A stretch of 29,077 nt of DNA from an uncultured Lachnospiraceae bacterium (GTDB lineage: Bacteria; Bacillota; Clostridia; Oscillospirales; CAG-272), in assembly GCA_964583425.1 (NCBI GenBank), contig CAZOWH010000001.1, positions 1 through 29,077 of the forward strand, read 5' to 3'. Under the pieces are notes generated by a model. It saw only the letters and a list, made by a program, of their open reading frames with translations. It was not told the DNA's origin and searched no databases. Positions 14,575 through 24,188 of the stretch are shown in pieces; position 1 is the stretch's first letter; each line of letters opens with the position of its first letter. Position numbers and translations under genes: made by a program.

Positions 14575-15306
14575 ATGCTAAAAAAATTACCCTGGCTTTC
14601 CTTTACACTATGCTTTCTTGCCGTCGCCCTTCTCTTTTCCTCGCTGGCAAGGCTCTATCTCGAACCGCAAAGCACAATAGCAGCGGGTGGGACGACCGAT
14701 ACACTGCCCGTGATCGTGCTTGATGCAGGGCACGGCGGCATTGACGGCGGTGCCACAGGCGCTGACGGCACGGTGGAAAAGGAGCTAAATTTAAAAATAT
14801 CGCAAAGAATCGCCGCTCTGCTGCGCGTGATGGGATACACAGTGGTAGAAACGCGCACCGAGGATCGCTCACTTGCCGACGCCGATGCAAAAAAGGGACG
14901 TGTAAAGCAATCTGACCTTACCAATAGGCTAAAGGTCTCAAAAGAGTATCCGGATAGCATATTCGTAAGCATCCATATGAATACCTACCCCAGCGTTGCC
15001 TGCGAGGGGCTACAGGTGTGGTATTCCGAAAACAATGCGCAATCGGCTGAGTTCGCCAAGGAGGTGCAATTAGGCGTCAAGACACTGCTACAGCCCCAAA
15101 ACAACCGCAAAATTAAGGCTGCAACCTCCTCCATCTACTTACTGCGGCACGCCGAAAATCCTGCGATCCTGATTGAATGCGGTTTTATCTCAAATCCTGC
15201 CGAGTGCGAAAAATTAACAAGCGACGACTATCAAAAGCAGCTTGCGCTTGCCATTGCTGCTTCAATTTCCAAAAAAATCGGCAACGGCACTTGCGAGAAT
15301 TCCTAA
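14575..15306 (+). CDS. cwlD: N-acetylmuramoyl-L-alanine amidase (Amidase_3), CwlD-like spore cortex amidase
   Basis: N-terminal TM, then LDAGHGG-x-DGGA, EK-x-LNL, the K-x-x-DL-x-x-R insert typical of CwlD, SIHMN and LIECGFISN. Possible sigma-E promoter TCATAAA-14 bp-CCTATATT upstream. Confidence 0.78.
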   Translation: MLKKLPWLSFTLCFLAVALLFSSLARLYLEPQSTIAAGGTTDTLPVIVLDAGHGGIDGGATGADGTVEKELNLKISQRIAALLRVMGYTVVETRTEDRSLADADAKKGRVKQSDLTNRLKVSKEYPDSIFVSIHMNTYPSVACEGLQVWYSENNAQSAEFAKEVQLGVKTLLQPQNNRKIKAATSSIYLLRHAENPAILIECGFISNPAECEKLTSDDYQKQLALAIAASISKKIGNGTCENS

Positions 15307-15319
15307 AGCATGGTATACT
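15291..15319 (+). promoter_or_regulatory. Putative sigma-A promoter of radA
   Basis: TTGCGA-17 bp-TATACT with extended -10 TG, overlapping the cwlD stop. Confidence 0.6.
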
Positions 15320-15346
15320 ACTATCAGTAGTAACTTGGAGGTTGAA

Positions 15347-16750
15347 ATGAAAGGTCTCAAGACAGTTTACATCTGTTCGGAATGTACATATAAATCGCCG
15401 AAATGGATGGGCAAATGCCCCTCCTGCGGTGCGTGGAACAGCTTTGTGGAGGATGTAGTGGAGGAAGAAAAAAAGAGCGTTTCACCCGCTGCCGCCGCGC
15501 GCCATGCACTGACCACACGCACGGGTGAACATCGCGCCACGCCGTATCGCGAGATGGAAATGCCTTCTTATATCCGCACGGCAACAGGGCTTTGTGAGCT
15601 GGATCGCGTGCTTGGCGGTGGCTTGGTGCTGGGCTCCGTGGTACTGCTCTCGGGTGAACCCGGCATCGGTAAATCCACGCTCTTGATGCAGATCTCCGAC
15701 ATTCTCGGCGCACGCCGCCGTGTGCTCTATATTTCGGGCGAGGAATCGGGCGGTCAGCTAAAGCTCCGCGCTGAGCGCCTTGGCGTGCAGGGCGAAAATC
15801 TCTCGATCCTCACCGAAACCAATATCGAAAAAATACTCGGTGAGATAGACCGTGTGAAGCCCGACGTGGCGATCGTTGACTCGATCCAGACCATTTACAG
15901 TGAAAATATTGCCTCGACCGCAGGTGCTGTCACGCAGGTGCGTGAAACGGCACTTGCACTGATCAACAAGGCAAAGGCGGATAATATTTCGGTGATCCTT
16001 GTGGGGCACGTCAACAAGGAGGGCAGTATTGCGGGTCCAAAGATCTTAGAGCACATGGTTGATGCCGTGCTTTATTTTGAGGGCGAGCGCCAGCAGACCT
16101 ATCGCATTATTCGCGCCATCAAAAACCGTTACGGCTCGACCAACGAGATCGGTGTGTTTGAAATGACCGACGGGGGGCTTGCTGAGGTAGCAAACCCTTC
16201 CGAAATGTTGCTTGCGGACAGACCGCAAAACACCTCGGGCAATTGCGCTGTTTGCACCATGGAGGGCACACGCCCGCTGATCGCCGAGATACAGGCGCTT
16301 GTCTCCGCTACCGCCTTCCCTGCGCCACGCCGCACCTCAAACGGCATTGATTACAACCGCCTGTGCCTCATTCTTGCAGTGCTGGAAAAGCGGCTTGGAC
16401 TCCGCTTTTCGGCAAATGACGTTTACATCAACGTGATCGGCGGCATGCGCCTGGATGAGCCCGCCTCTGACCTTGCAGTTGCCATGGCACTGATCTCATC
16501 GCTTACCGATCGCGCCGTGCCAGACGACCTCATTGCCATCGGTGAGCTTGGTCTTTCGGGCGAATGCCGTGCCGTATCGGGGCTTGAATACCGTGTGAAG
16601 GAGGCGGCACGCCTCGGCTTCAAGCGCGCGGTGGTCCCCTGTCGTAATCTGGAAAAGCGGCAGATCAAGGCGGGAATTGAGTTAATTCCCATCAAAAGCA
16701 TTTTTGAAATATTAAAGCTGCTTGCTCCCACCGAGAAAAAAGAGATGTAA
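15347..16750 (+). CDS. radA: DNA repair protein RadA/Sms
   Basis: C4 zinc finger (CSEC...CPSC), Walker A GEPGIGKST, the KNRYG motif and a Lon-like C-terminus. Start at ATG 15347 behind GGAGG. Confidence 0.97.
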   Translation: MKGLKTVYICSECTYKSPKWMGKCPSCGAWNSFVEDVVEEEKKSVSPAAAARHALTTRTGEHRATPYREMEMPSYIRTATGLCELDRVLGGGLVLGSVVLLSGEPGIGKSTLLMQISDILGARRRVLYISGEESGGQLKLRAERLGVQGENLSILTETNIEKILGEIDRVKPDVAIVDSIQTIYSENIASTAGAVTQVRETALALINKAKADNISVILVGHVNKEGSIAGPKILEHMVDAVLYFEGERQQTYRIIRAIKNRYGSTNEIGVFEMTDGGLAEVANPSEMLLADRPQNTSGNCAVCTMEGTRPLIAEIQALVSATAFPAPRRTSNGIDYNRLCLILAVLEKRLGLRFSANDVYINVIGGMRLDEPASDLAVAMALISSLTDRAVPDDLIAIGELGLSGECRAVSGLEYRVKEAARLGFKRAVVPCRNLEKRQIKAGIELIPIKSIFEILKLLAPTEKKEM

Positions 16751-16754
16751 CCCT

Positions 16755-16781
16755 TGCCCCGCATACAAAGCATGCGGGGCA
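16755..16781 (+). terminator. Hairpin after radA
   Basis: TGCCCCGCAT...ATGCGGGGCA, with a weak U-tract. Confidence 0.5.
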
Positions 16782-16895
16782 TCCTTATAGAAGCAATATT
16801 TTACAAAATCATGCCGCACATGGCAATATTGTACTATCTTTTTATCTTTTATTTTTTTATAATATATTTATCTCTTGACAAAGTGAGGATCTCTT

Positions 16896-18095
16896 ATGGA
16901 ATTGCATGAGCTTATTTTGTCCCTTGGCGAGAGCCTTAAGGACGGCGGCAGTTATCGCAATGAAAAAAATGAAAACACCCTGCTGCTCTATACCGATGTC
17001 ACCTCTGCGGCGTATGAAGCCTACCGCGCCGCATTGCTTGCAGCAGATGTTGCACTTTACAGTGAAAATTGCATTGCCGATAACCGCTTTGCCACCTGTG
17101 TGACCGCAACAGACGAGGTACATCTGTGCTTTTATCCCACTTTAAAGGAGCTGCGCGTGATATACGGTAAGCGCGGCTATCTGCCCGCAACAAAAATGCC
17201 CGATGTCGGTGGCGATCATCCGCTTACCGTTACACAGATGGGGCTTGTTGAGTTTGAAGCGGGTGAATCCGATGTTATTACCCTTTCCGACGGCAGCTTT
17301 TTGATCCTTGACGGCGGCAAAAAGAACGATACCGACCGAGATCATTTATTGGAATTTCTTTACGCACATAAGCCCGCACATCACGCAAAGCCTCATATTG
17401 TGGCGTGGCTGATCTCGCACGCGCACAATGACCATATTCATTTGTGTCAGGAGTTTCTCATTGAGTATGGCGACCGTGTGGAGCTTTCGTTGTTTGGGTA
17501 TAACTTTCCCGATCTTGATACCGAGTGGTGTGCGGCGGAGGCACATCAGGTTCGCTGGCAAAATCGCATGAAGGAAATTCTCGATACACATTTTCCCAAT
17601 ACCCCAATATGGGTCATGCATAGCGGACAAAAGCTTCTGCTCCCCGGATGTGAAGCGGAATTTTTAATGACCTGGGAGGATTTTTGGCCCCGTCCCATGA
17701 AGACCACCAATCAAAATTCCTTTTGCGTGCGTTTCACGTTCAGTAACGGCAAAACCTTTATGGCACCCTCGGATGCATGGCGAGATCTGGTCGAGCCTAT
17801 GACTGGGGTCTATGGCGATTATCTCAAAAGCGATGTTCTGCAAGCCACGCATCATGGTCTTGCGGGCGGCTTTATTCCCTTTTACGAAAGGGTTGCGCCG
17901 GAAGTTGTTCTTTGGCCTACCTCAAAGGCACGCTTTGAAGCACTCGAGCCCTTCATGATACCGGAACGAGAAAAGCCCGTTGCCATCATACGCCAATTCT
18001 CCTCCAGCTGCTGGCTTCTCGAGCATGTAGCGCGACATTATCATGCAAGTGAGACTGTTACGATTGATATGCATGATCTTTCCGTACTGAAATAA
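16896..18095 (+). CDS. Stand-alone metallo-beta-lactamase-fold hydrolase (ComEC/Rec2-like MBL) with an uncharacterised N-terminal domain
   Basis: Motifs ILDGG, ISHAHNDH (HxHxDH), N-x-x-S, SDA and Q-x-x-HHG. Confidence 0.8.
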   Translation: MELHELILSLGESLKDGGSYRNEKNENTLLLYTDVTSAAYEAYRAALLAADVALYSENCIADNRFATCVTATDEVHLCFYPTLKELRVIYGKRGYLPATKMPDVGGDHPLTVTQMGLVEFEAGESDVITLSDGSFLILDGGKKNDTDRDHLLEFLYAHKPAHHAKPHIVAWLISHAHNDHIHLCQEFLIEYGDRVELSLFGYNFPDLDTEWCAAEAHQVRWQNRMKEILDTHFPNTPIWVMHSGQKLLLPGCEAEFLMTWEDFWPRPMKTTNQNSFCVRFTFSNGKTFMAPSDAWRDLVEPMTGVYGDYLKSDVLQATHHGLAGGFIPFYERVAPEVVLWPTSKARFEALEPFMIPEREKPVAIIRQFSSSCWLLEHVARHYHASETVTIDMHDLSVLK

Positions 18096-18108
18096 GCGTT
18101 TTCAATCC

Positions 18109-18140
18109 AATAAAAATCCACCCGCGGGTGGATTTTTATT
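18109..18140. terminator. Bidirectional terminator (perfect 32 bp palindrome)
   Basis: AATAAAAATCCACCCG|CGGGTGGATTTTTATT between convergent genes. Confidence 0.85.
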
Positions 18141-18158
18141 TGCTATTCATAATGGCGT

Positions 18159-18335
18159 TTATTTCGTGATAGGAGAAACTACAGCCTTGCCCTCGCGGTC
18201 AAGCAGTGGGGTGATACCACCTGCGTAGCCGCTTTGGCGGAAGATGTAGTTTACGCCCGTTTCGCGGTCTACCCAAATTTCCACAACATCCATAACACCT
18301 TGCTTATAAATGCGTTCAAATCTTTTTTCGTCCAT
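18159..18335 (-). CDS. Small conserved protein, DUF6440-like
   Basis: 58 aa: KRF...I-x-VD-x-ETGVNY...GGITPLLD-x-x-GK. RBS GAGGA. The ATG lies 8 bp after the malQ stop. Confidence 0.75.
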   Translation of the reverse strand: MDEKRFERIYKQGVMDVVEIWVDRETGVNYIFRQSGYAGGITPLLDREGKAVVSPITK

Positions 18336-18342
18336 ATTTTCC

Positions 18343-19785
18343 TCACGATCTGCCGTAAAGCTCGTTGAAACGGCGGTATTTGGCAGCATTAAGCCCCAAA
18401 AGCTGTTCCCCTGTAATACGGTAGCCCCAGTTGCCTTCTGATTTGCCCGGGGTGTTCATACGGGTATCTGAGCCGAAGCCCAAGAGATCCTGAATGGGGA
18501 AAATGACAAGCCCTGCGTGCGAGAGCATCATAGTGCGCAATATGGCATCGTAGCCCTTATCCCAATCGGCATCGGTATAGCCGCAATATTCAAGCATTTG
18601 GGCTCTTGTGGCATCATCCAGCTCCCACACGTACCCAAGCAAGGTGTTGTTGTCGTGCGTGCCCGTGTAGGCAACACAGTTTTGCTCGTATGTATGCGGC
18701 AGGTGCGGTGTTGCAGGGTCACCGAGAAAGGCAAACTGAAACACACGCATACCGGGAAAGCCGCTGCTCTTCACCAGCCTTTTCACGGCATCGGTGATAT
18801 CACCAAGATCCTCGGCAATGATCAGCTTATCTCCTGCGATCTCCTTTAATACCTTAACAAGCGCCATGCCGGGCCCCTTTACCCATTTGCCCTCCTTTGC
18901 CGTTTTGGCGGTAGCAGGCACGCTCCAGAAAGCCTCAATGCCGCGAAAATGATCAATGCGCACGCCGTCAAACAGCTCCAGCATAAAGGCAAGGCGTTCA
19001 CGCCACCAAGCGAAGCCATCCTCTTTCATTTTCTTCCAATTGTAAAGCGGATTGCCCCACAGCTGCCCGTCCGCGGCAAAATAATCGGGCGGTACGCCCG
19101 CAACCGCAGTGGGATGCCCCTCCTCGTTCAGCAAAAACTGATCGCGATAACCAAACACATCCGCACTATCGGCAGCAACGTAGATCGGAATATCGCCGAT
19201 CACAGAAATACCCTTGGCATTGGCGTAGGATTTGACTGCCTGCCACTGCCTGTGAAAGTGAAACTGCGTAAAGGCAAAATAGAAATAATCCTCCTCGCCA
19301 GCCTCAAGCACTGTAAACGCCTGCCACGGTGCGCCGTTGTTGGCGCGCTTTAGGGCAAGAAATCGGCAAGCGTTGTCGATCTGTGGGCGCGCCTTGACAA
19401 ATGAGAGAATTTCGGCGCGATTTTGGGCGCGCGAGGCGGCAAGGCGTAGCAATGTCTCGCGCTCAGCCGCCAAGCGCTCACTCTCCACGGCAAAGGGCGT
19501 TTTCTGCTTAGCACTCTCCAGCTCCGCTGTTGTCAGCAGCCCCTCGGCGGCAAGCAACGGTAGATCGATAAAATAAAGATTGCCCGCAAAGGATGCCTCG
19601 GATTTATAGGGAGAATTGCATTCATCAGGAATGCAGAACGGTAGCACCTGCCAATAGGAAAAGCCGCTTTTTTTAAGGAAATCCACAAATTCAAAGGCAG
19701 GCTTACCAAACGAACCAATCGAATACTCACCATGCAATGAGGATACGTGCATCAAGACACCGCTTTTTCTGTTAATGGCTGTCAT
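18343..19785 (-). CDS. malQ: 4-alpha-glucanotransferase (amylomaltase, GH77)
   Basis: Motifs R-x-SGVLMH-x-SSL, WQVLP, IGDIPIYV, GVPPDYF-x-x-x-GQLWGNP, RIDHFRG, IAEDLG, YTGTHDN and RMNTPG. Confidence 0.96.
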   Translation of the reverse strand: MTAINRKSGVLMHVSSLHGEYSIGSFGKPAFEFVDFLKKSGFSYWQVLPFCIPDECNSPYKSEASFAGNLYFIDLPLLAAEGLLTTAELESAKQKTPFAVESERLAAERETLLRLAASRAQNRAEILSFVKARPQIDNACRFLALKRANNGAPWQAFTVLEAGEEDYFYFAFTQFHFHRQWQAVKSYANAKGISVIGDIPIYVAADSADVFGYRDQFLLNEEGHPTAVAGVPPDYFAADGQLWGNPLYNWKKMKEDGFAWWRERLAFMLELFDGVRIDHFRGIEAFWSVPATAKTAKEGKWVKGPGMALVKVLKEIAGDKLIIAEDLGDITDAVKRLVKSSGFPGMRVFQFAFLGDPATPHLPHTYEQNCVAYTGTHDNNTLLGYVWELDDATRAQMLEYCGYTDADWDKGYDAILRTMMLSHAGLVIFPIQDLLGFGSDTRMNTPGKSEGNWGYRITGEQLLGLNAAKYRRFNELYGRS

Positions 19786-22282
19786 ACCAATTCACTCCTT
19801 CCGCAACACCAACCTTGAGAGCAATCGCAAGCTTTGCGGCGCTTTCCATTTCCTTGATCAAAATATCCTTTGCAACGCTCGCCACATCGCGGTGTGCTTC
19901 GATGATCAGCTCATCGTGTACCTGCAGCACAAGGCGTGCATCCAGCTCCAACTCCTTCAGCTCTGCCGCAACACGGATCATGGCAAATTTGATGATATCC
20001 GCCGCCGTTCCCTGTATCGGGCTGTTCATTGCCACGCGCTCACCAAAGTGCTGCATGTTTTTATTTTGCATTTTCAACTCCGGGATGTAGCGACGGCGAC
20101 CAAAAAGAGTGGTCACAAAGCCCTGCTCCTTTGCCTCGTCGACAACATTTTTGAGATAGGCATCAATGCCGGGATATGCGGCAAAGTAATTGGCAATATA
20201 CTCTCTTGCCTGCGCCATGGAAATGTGCAGATCCTCGGAAAGACTATGCGCACCCATACCGTATAAAATACCAAAATTCACCGCCTTGGCGCGCTTGCGA
20301 AGCTCGGGCGTGACAGCAGAAAGCGGCACGCCAAATACGTTGGCGGCAGTGGCGGCATGGATATCCTCGCCGCTTTCAAACGCCTCGATCATTGCTTGAT
20401 CATTTGCCATGGCGGCAAGCAAGCGAAGCTCGATTTGTGAGTAGTCTGCATCAATTAGCAAATAATTGCTGTTTTTTGAGATAAAATAGCGCCGTAATTC
20501 TCTGCCAAGCTCGGTGCGGATGGGAATGTTTTGCAGGTTCGGCTCTGCTGAGGAGAGACGCCCTGTGGCGGTTCCCGTTTGCTTGAAGGTGGTGTGAATG
20601 CGCCCATCCGATTCGATCTGCTTTAAGAGTCCCTCGGCGTAGGTGCTGTTCAGCTTGGTCACCTGACGGTAATCAAGAATATCCTCAACGATCGGGTGAT
20701 AGGGACGGAGCTTTTCCAGCACCTCCGCATTGGTGGAATAGCCGGTCTTGGTCTTTTTGCCGTGCGGGAGCCCAAGCCGCTCAAAAAGCACCTCACCGAG
20801 TTGCTTTGGCGAATTGATGTTAAATTCCCTACCTGCGGCAAAATAGATGCGTGCTGCAAGATCCTCCGCCACCATGGAGAGCTGTGCACCATACGCGGCA
20901 AGCCCCTCGGCATCCACGCGGAAGCCGACCAGCTCCATATCGGTCAGCACACGACAAAGCGGCATTTCGATCTCGTAAAGCAGCTTTTCAGCCCCGAGCT
21001 CAAGAATGCGCTTTTCAAGCTCCTTTTTGAGTGCCAGCACCGTCAGCAAATGCATAGGTGCAGCCTTTGCCTGCTCGCCAAGATAAGCAAGCGAAAGACG
21101 CGGCAGATCAAAGCCATTTTCAGCGGCATTCAAAACATAGGCAGCAAGCATGGTGTCAAAATGGCAGCCGCGCCAGGTGATCCCCCTCTTTGCAAGCTCC
21201 TTGTAAACGCTTTTGGCATCGTGACAGATCACCGTGGCACCGCTTTTCTTGATAAACGCCACAATGGCATCGTTATCTGCAAGCCTGCCGATTTTGGTGC
21301 CGTCCGATACAAAAGCACCGGCTTCGCCGATATCAAATACAAATTCCCGCGAAAAATCAGCAGCATCAGCTGCGGTCAGCGTATCAATCGAAAGCTCGCC
21401 TACCTCGTTGCTTGCGGGTGCTGCCTCGGTGAGCCCAAAGCGTTTAATGAATGCGTTAAATTCAAATTTTGTAAAAAGCTGAAGGAGTGCCGCATGATCA
21501 AATCCGTTGTACTCGTAGCAGGTGGAATCGGCTGCGATCGGCACCTCCCTACAAATGGTAGCAAGCCTTTGTGAGAGATAGGCGCTCTCCTTTCCCTCCT
21601 CCAGCTTGCGGCGCACAGAGGGTGTCAGCACGGCATCGGGCAGGTCACGGTACACCCCGTCAAGTGAGCCGTGCTCGGCAATCAGCTTGAGAGCAGTTTT
21701 CTCGCCAATACCTGGCACGCCGGGGATATTGTCGGAGCTATCGCCCATCAGCGCCTTCACATCCACAAATTGTGTGGCGGCAACACCGTATTTTTCAAGG
21801 AAGCGTGCGGCGGTATAATCGATCGTTTCGGTATTTGTGACAAGCAGCACATGCACATGCTCGGAAATCAGCTGCAAGGCATCACGGTCACCCGTAAGCA
21901 AATAGACATCGCAGGTCTCATTTGCAAACGATGCTATGGTACCCAAAATATCATCTGCCTCATACCCCTCCTTTTCAAGGCAGGTAAAGCCAAGCGCTGT
22001 GGCAAGCTCCTTGGCGGCAGGCATTTGCGCAAGCAGATCCTCGGGCGTTGGCTTGCGCCCCGCCTTATAAGCATCATACATCTTGTGTCTGAAGGTGGGT
22101 GCCTTCAGGTCAAAGGCAATGGCACAGTAATCGGGCTTTACAGCTTCAATATTTTTTTCAAGGATACCCACCATACCGAAAAGCGCATTGGTGGGAAAGC
22201 CTTCTTTATTAGAAAGCGGACGCACGCCGTAAAAGGCGCGGTTTACAATGCTGTTACCGTCAACAGCCAGAAATTTTTTCAT
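19772..22282 (-). CDS. polA: DNA polymerase I
   Basis: 5'-3' exonuclease motifs (DGNS, RAFY, YEADD, GDSSDNIPG) and polymerase motifs (TGRLSS-x-x-PNLQN, DYSQIELR, RAKAVNFGILYG, QGTAADI, LQVHDEL). Confidence 0.98.
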   Translation of the reverse strand: MKKFLAVDGNSIVNRAFYGVRPLSNKEGFPTNALFGMVGILEKNIEAVKPDYCAIAFDLKAPTFRHKMYDAYKAGRKPTPEDLLAQMPAAKELATALGFTCLEKEGYEADDILGTIASFANETCDVYLLTGDRDALQLISEHVHVLLVTNTETIDYTAARFLEKYGVAATQFVDVKALMGDSSDNIPGVPGIGEKTALKLIAEHGSLDGVYRDLPDAVLTPSVRRKLEEGKESAYLSQRLATICREVPIAADSTCYEYNGFDHAALLQLFTKFEFNAFIKRFGLTEAAPASNEVGELSIDTLTAADAADFSREFVFDIGEAGAFVSDGTKIGRLADNDAIVAFIKKSGATVICHDAKSVYKELAKRGITWRGCHFDTMLAAYVLNAAENGFDLPRLSLAYLGEQAKAAPMHLLTVLALKKELEKRILELGAEKLLYEIEMPLCRVLTDMELVGFRVDAEGLAAYGAQLSMVAEDLAARIYFAAGREFNINSPKQLGEVLFERLGLPHGKKTKTGYSTNAEVLEKLRPYHPIVEDILDYRQVTKLNSTYAEGLLKQIESDGRIHTTFKQTGTATGRLSSAEPNLQNIPIRTELGRELRRYFISKNSNYLLIDADYSQIELRLLAAMANDQAMIEAFESGEDIHAATAANVFGVPLSAVTPELRKRAKAVNFGILYGMGAHSLSEDLHISMAQAREYIANYFAAYPGIDAYLKNVVDEAKEQGFVTTLFGRRRYIPELKMQNKNMQHFGERVAMNSPIQGTAADIIKFAMIRVAAELKELELDARLVLQVHDELIIEAHRDVASVAKDILIKEMESAAKLAIALKVGVAEGVNWYDSH

Positions 22283-22309
22283 AGCGACCTCCGTCGGTTT
22301 ATTAAATTT

Positions 22310-22338
22310 ATTATACTACTTTTTTGAATGTCTGTCAA
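22310..22338 (-). promoter_or_regulatory. Consensus sigma-A promoter of polA-malQ
   Basis: Exact TTGACA-17 bp-TATAAT on the minus strand. Confidence 0.8.
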
Positions 22339-22378
22339 TGAAAGCACGCTTTATCACAATGAAATTTCCGCAAAAGCC

Positions 22379-22407
22379 TTGTCTTTTCGGGTATGATATG
22401 TTACAAT
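22379..22407 (+). promoter_or_regulatory. Putative sigma-A promoter of the membrane protein/SGNH/DUF4358 operon
   Basis: TTGTCT-17 bp-TACAAT with extended -10 TG. Confidence 0.55.
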
Positions 22408-22437
22408 ATAAAAAGAGTTTTGAAACGAGGTCTCGTA

Positions 22438-22869
22438 ATGAAAAAAAAGGACTATCTCAAAAAGATCGGGTGTCATGCCTGTATTTATTATACCGTAACC
22501 ACATTTTTGCTGATCTTTCTCTTTTGGCTGATCAGCGATGATATCACACGTGCCATGCATCCCGTGGCACTTATGCTGATTCTGCCCTTTTCGCTTTCTT
22601 TTGCCGGCGCAAACATTCTTTTTAAATATTCCGAGCTTGCCCCGTGGCTGAAGGTGCTTTTGCACTATGCCATCACCATGGCGGGCATTTGGTGTTTCCT
22701 GTTTTTGCCCAATAAGGCAGACGGGCAATCGGCATCAGGGGCTCTTATCCTTTATTTGGTGCTTTCGCTGATTTATGCCGTGATCATGGGAGTGATCCTT
22801 TATATGAGGGGACGTATCAAGCGTATTACACGAGAGAAATCCAATTATACCAGTGTATATAAGAAATAA
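22438..22869 (+). CDS. Hypothetical 4-TM membrane protein
   Basis: 143 aa from ATG 22438 (GAGG RBS), with four hydrophobic segments and basic termini. Confidence 0.75.
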   Translation: MKKKDYLKKIGCHACIYYTVTTFLLIFLFWLISDDITRAMHPVALMLILPFSLSFAGANILFKYSELAPWLKVLLHYAITMAGIWCFLFLPNKADGQSASGALILYLVLSLIYAVIMGVILYMRGRIKRITREKSNYTSVYKK

Positions 22870-22912
22870 CAAATTCACATAATACGGTTGAAGTTTTAGA
22901 GGAGGTATTCTC

Positions 22913-23641
22913 ATGCGCTTCAACCGTGTTTTTTTATCTCTTGCTTGCCTTGCGGCAATTCTTTTATGCGGCTGTGGCAAGGCGGCGGCAACTGCAATGG
23001 GCGATGGAGAGACACCTGCCGTGCAGGATGCCGCATTTCTTGATACCTTAACCTTTCTAGGTGACTCAACAACTGCGCATATGCTCTCTCGCGCACCACT
23101 TAAGGATGGCAAAAGCTCTACGCAGATCTGGGCGGCAAAAAATCGCTATTTAAATTTAAGCTCCCGCATCACGTATGAAAAGATCGTATGTCCCACAAGC
23201 GGTGAGGAAATGACAATTGCCGAGGCTGCCGCAACGGTACGCCCGCCGAGACTCGTTATTACGCTTGGCATTGATTACGGCGTTTATTACTACCGCAACG
23301 ACCTTGATACCTTTGGCTACTACTATGAAAAGCTACTGAATACCATCGAGGCAGCCTCGCCCGATACAACGCTCATTTTACAATCGATCTTCCCTGTTGG
23401 CAGTACATGCACCGCGATCACAAACCAAATGGTTGACAACGCCAATGCGGTGATTGCCGATATTGCCGCGCGCCGCGGGCTGGTTTATGTAGATGCAAAC
23501 ACCCCCCTCAAGGATAGCGAGGGGTATCTGGCGCCCGCGTACTGCTACAGCGAGGACGGTATACACCTGACCGCCGCGGGCTATGACGTCATTTTTGAAA
23601 ACCTGAAAAAATACGAAAACGAGATCAGAGAGAAGCAATGA
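22913..23641 (+). CDS. SGNH/GDSL hydrolase-family lipoprotein
   Basis: Lipoprotein signal LLCG-C, block I FLGDS, LQSIFPV and block V DGIH. RBS GAGGAGG. Confidence 0.85.
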   Translation: MRFNRVFLSLACLAAILLCGCGKAAATAMGDGETPAVQDAAFLDTLTFLGDSTTAHMLSRAPLKDGKSSTQIWAAKNRYLNLSSRITYEKIVCPTSGEEMTIAEAAATVRPPRLVITLGIDYGVYYYRNDLDTFGYYYEKLLNTIEAASPDTTLILQSIFPVGSTCTAITNQMVDNANAVIADIAARRGLVYVDANTPLKDSEGYLAPAYCYSEDGIHLTAAGYDVIFENLKKYENEIREKQ

Positions 23642-24114
23642 AAAGATTTTTTATCATAGTATGTGCACTTTCGGTGCTTTTTTGCGCCTGTAAGCGCGAG
23701 AACAGTCAGCCTACCCTTGGGGAGGTCAGTGATGCGGTCATAGGAGCACTTTCAGAAAGTGAAAATTTCACGCTTGCCGACGATGATTACGCGGAAAGCA
23801 ACTTTAACATTGACGAGGAGACCGACGATGAGAGGATCTATATGGACGAGGGGCGTGAGGTTGGCATTTTCCGTTTGGAGGATGACGGCAATGCCACGGT
23901 AGCCGAACAAGGGATCAGAGCTTATCTTGAGGGAGAAAAAAGCTCGCTTGCTTCGCTTGCCTCACTCTACCCAAGCGAGGAATTGGCAAAAAAGCTGCAA
24001 CGCTATCAAAATGCAACAATCCTCAAAAAGGGACGTTATATTTGCTATCTCATTCTCGATGAGAGCGAGAGTACCGCTGCCCAAATGGCATTTGGAGAGG
24101 CGTTTAAACAGTAA
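23638..24114 (+). CDS. DUF4358-like lipoprotein
   Basis: Lipobox LFCA-C, EVGIF, Y-x-P-x-E-x-x-K-L...A-x-I-x-x-x-G-x-Y-I pattern. ATGA overlap with the SGNH gene. Confidence 0.7.
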   Translation: MKRFFIIVCALSVLFCACKRENSQPTLGEVSDAVIGALSESENFTLADDDYAESNFNIDEETDDERIYMDEGREVGIFRLEDDGNATVAEQGIRAYLEGEKSSLASLASLYPSEELAKKLQRYQNATILKKGRYICYLILDESESTAAQMAFGEAFKQ

Positions 24115-24125
24115 ATTATAAAAAC

Positions 24126-24172
24126 AAACACAGGCGTAGCCGTAAGATCCTTCTACGGCTGCGCCTGTGTTT
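24126..24172. terminator. Bidirectional terminator
   Basis: AAACACAGGCGTAGCCGTA...TACGGCTGCGCCTGTGTTT between convergent genes. Confidence 0.85.
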
Positions 24173-24188
24173 ATTGTATATTACCTTA

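Noticed and set aside
18109..18140. Perfect 32 bp palindrome as a recombination site or assembly artefact
   Set aside because: Its position between convergent genes and its A/T tails are fully explained by a bidirectional terminator.
20900..21420. Eroded 3'-5' exonuclease domain of PolA
   Set aside because: Loss of proofreading motifs in Pol I is common in Bacillota.
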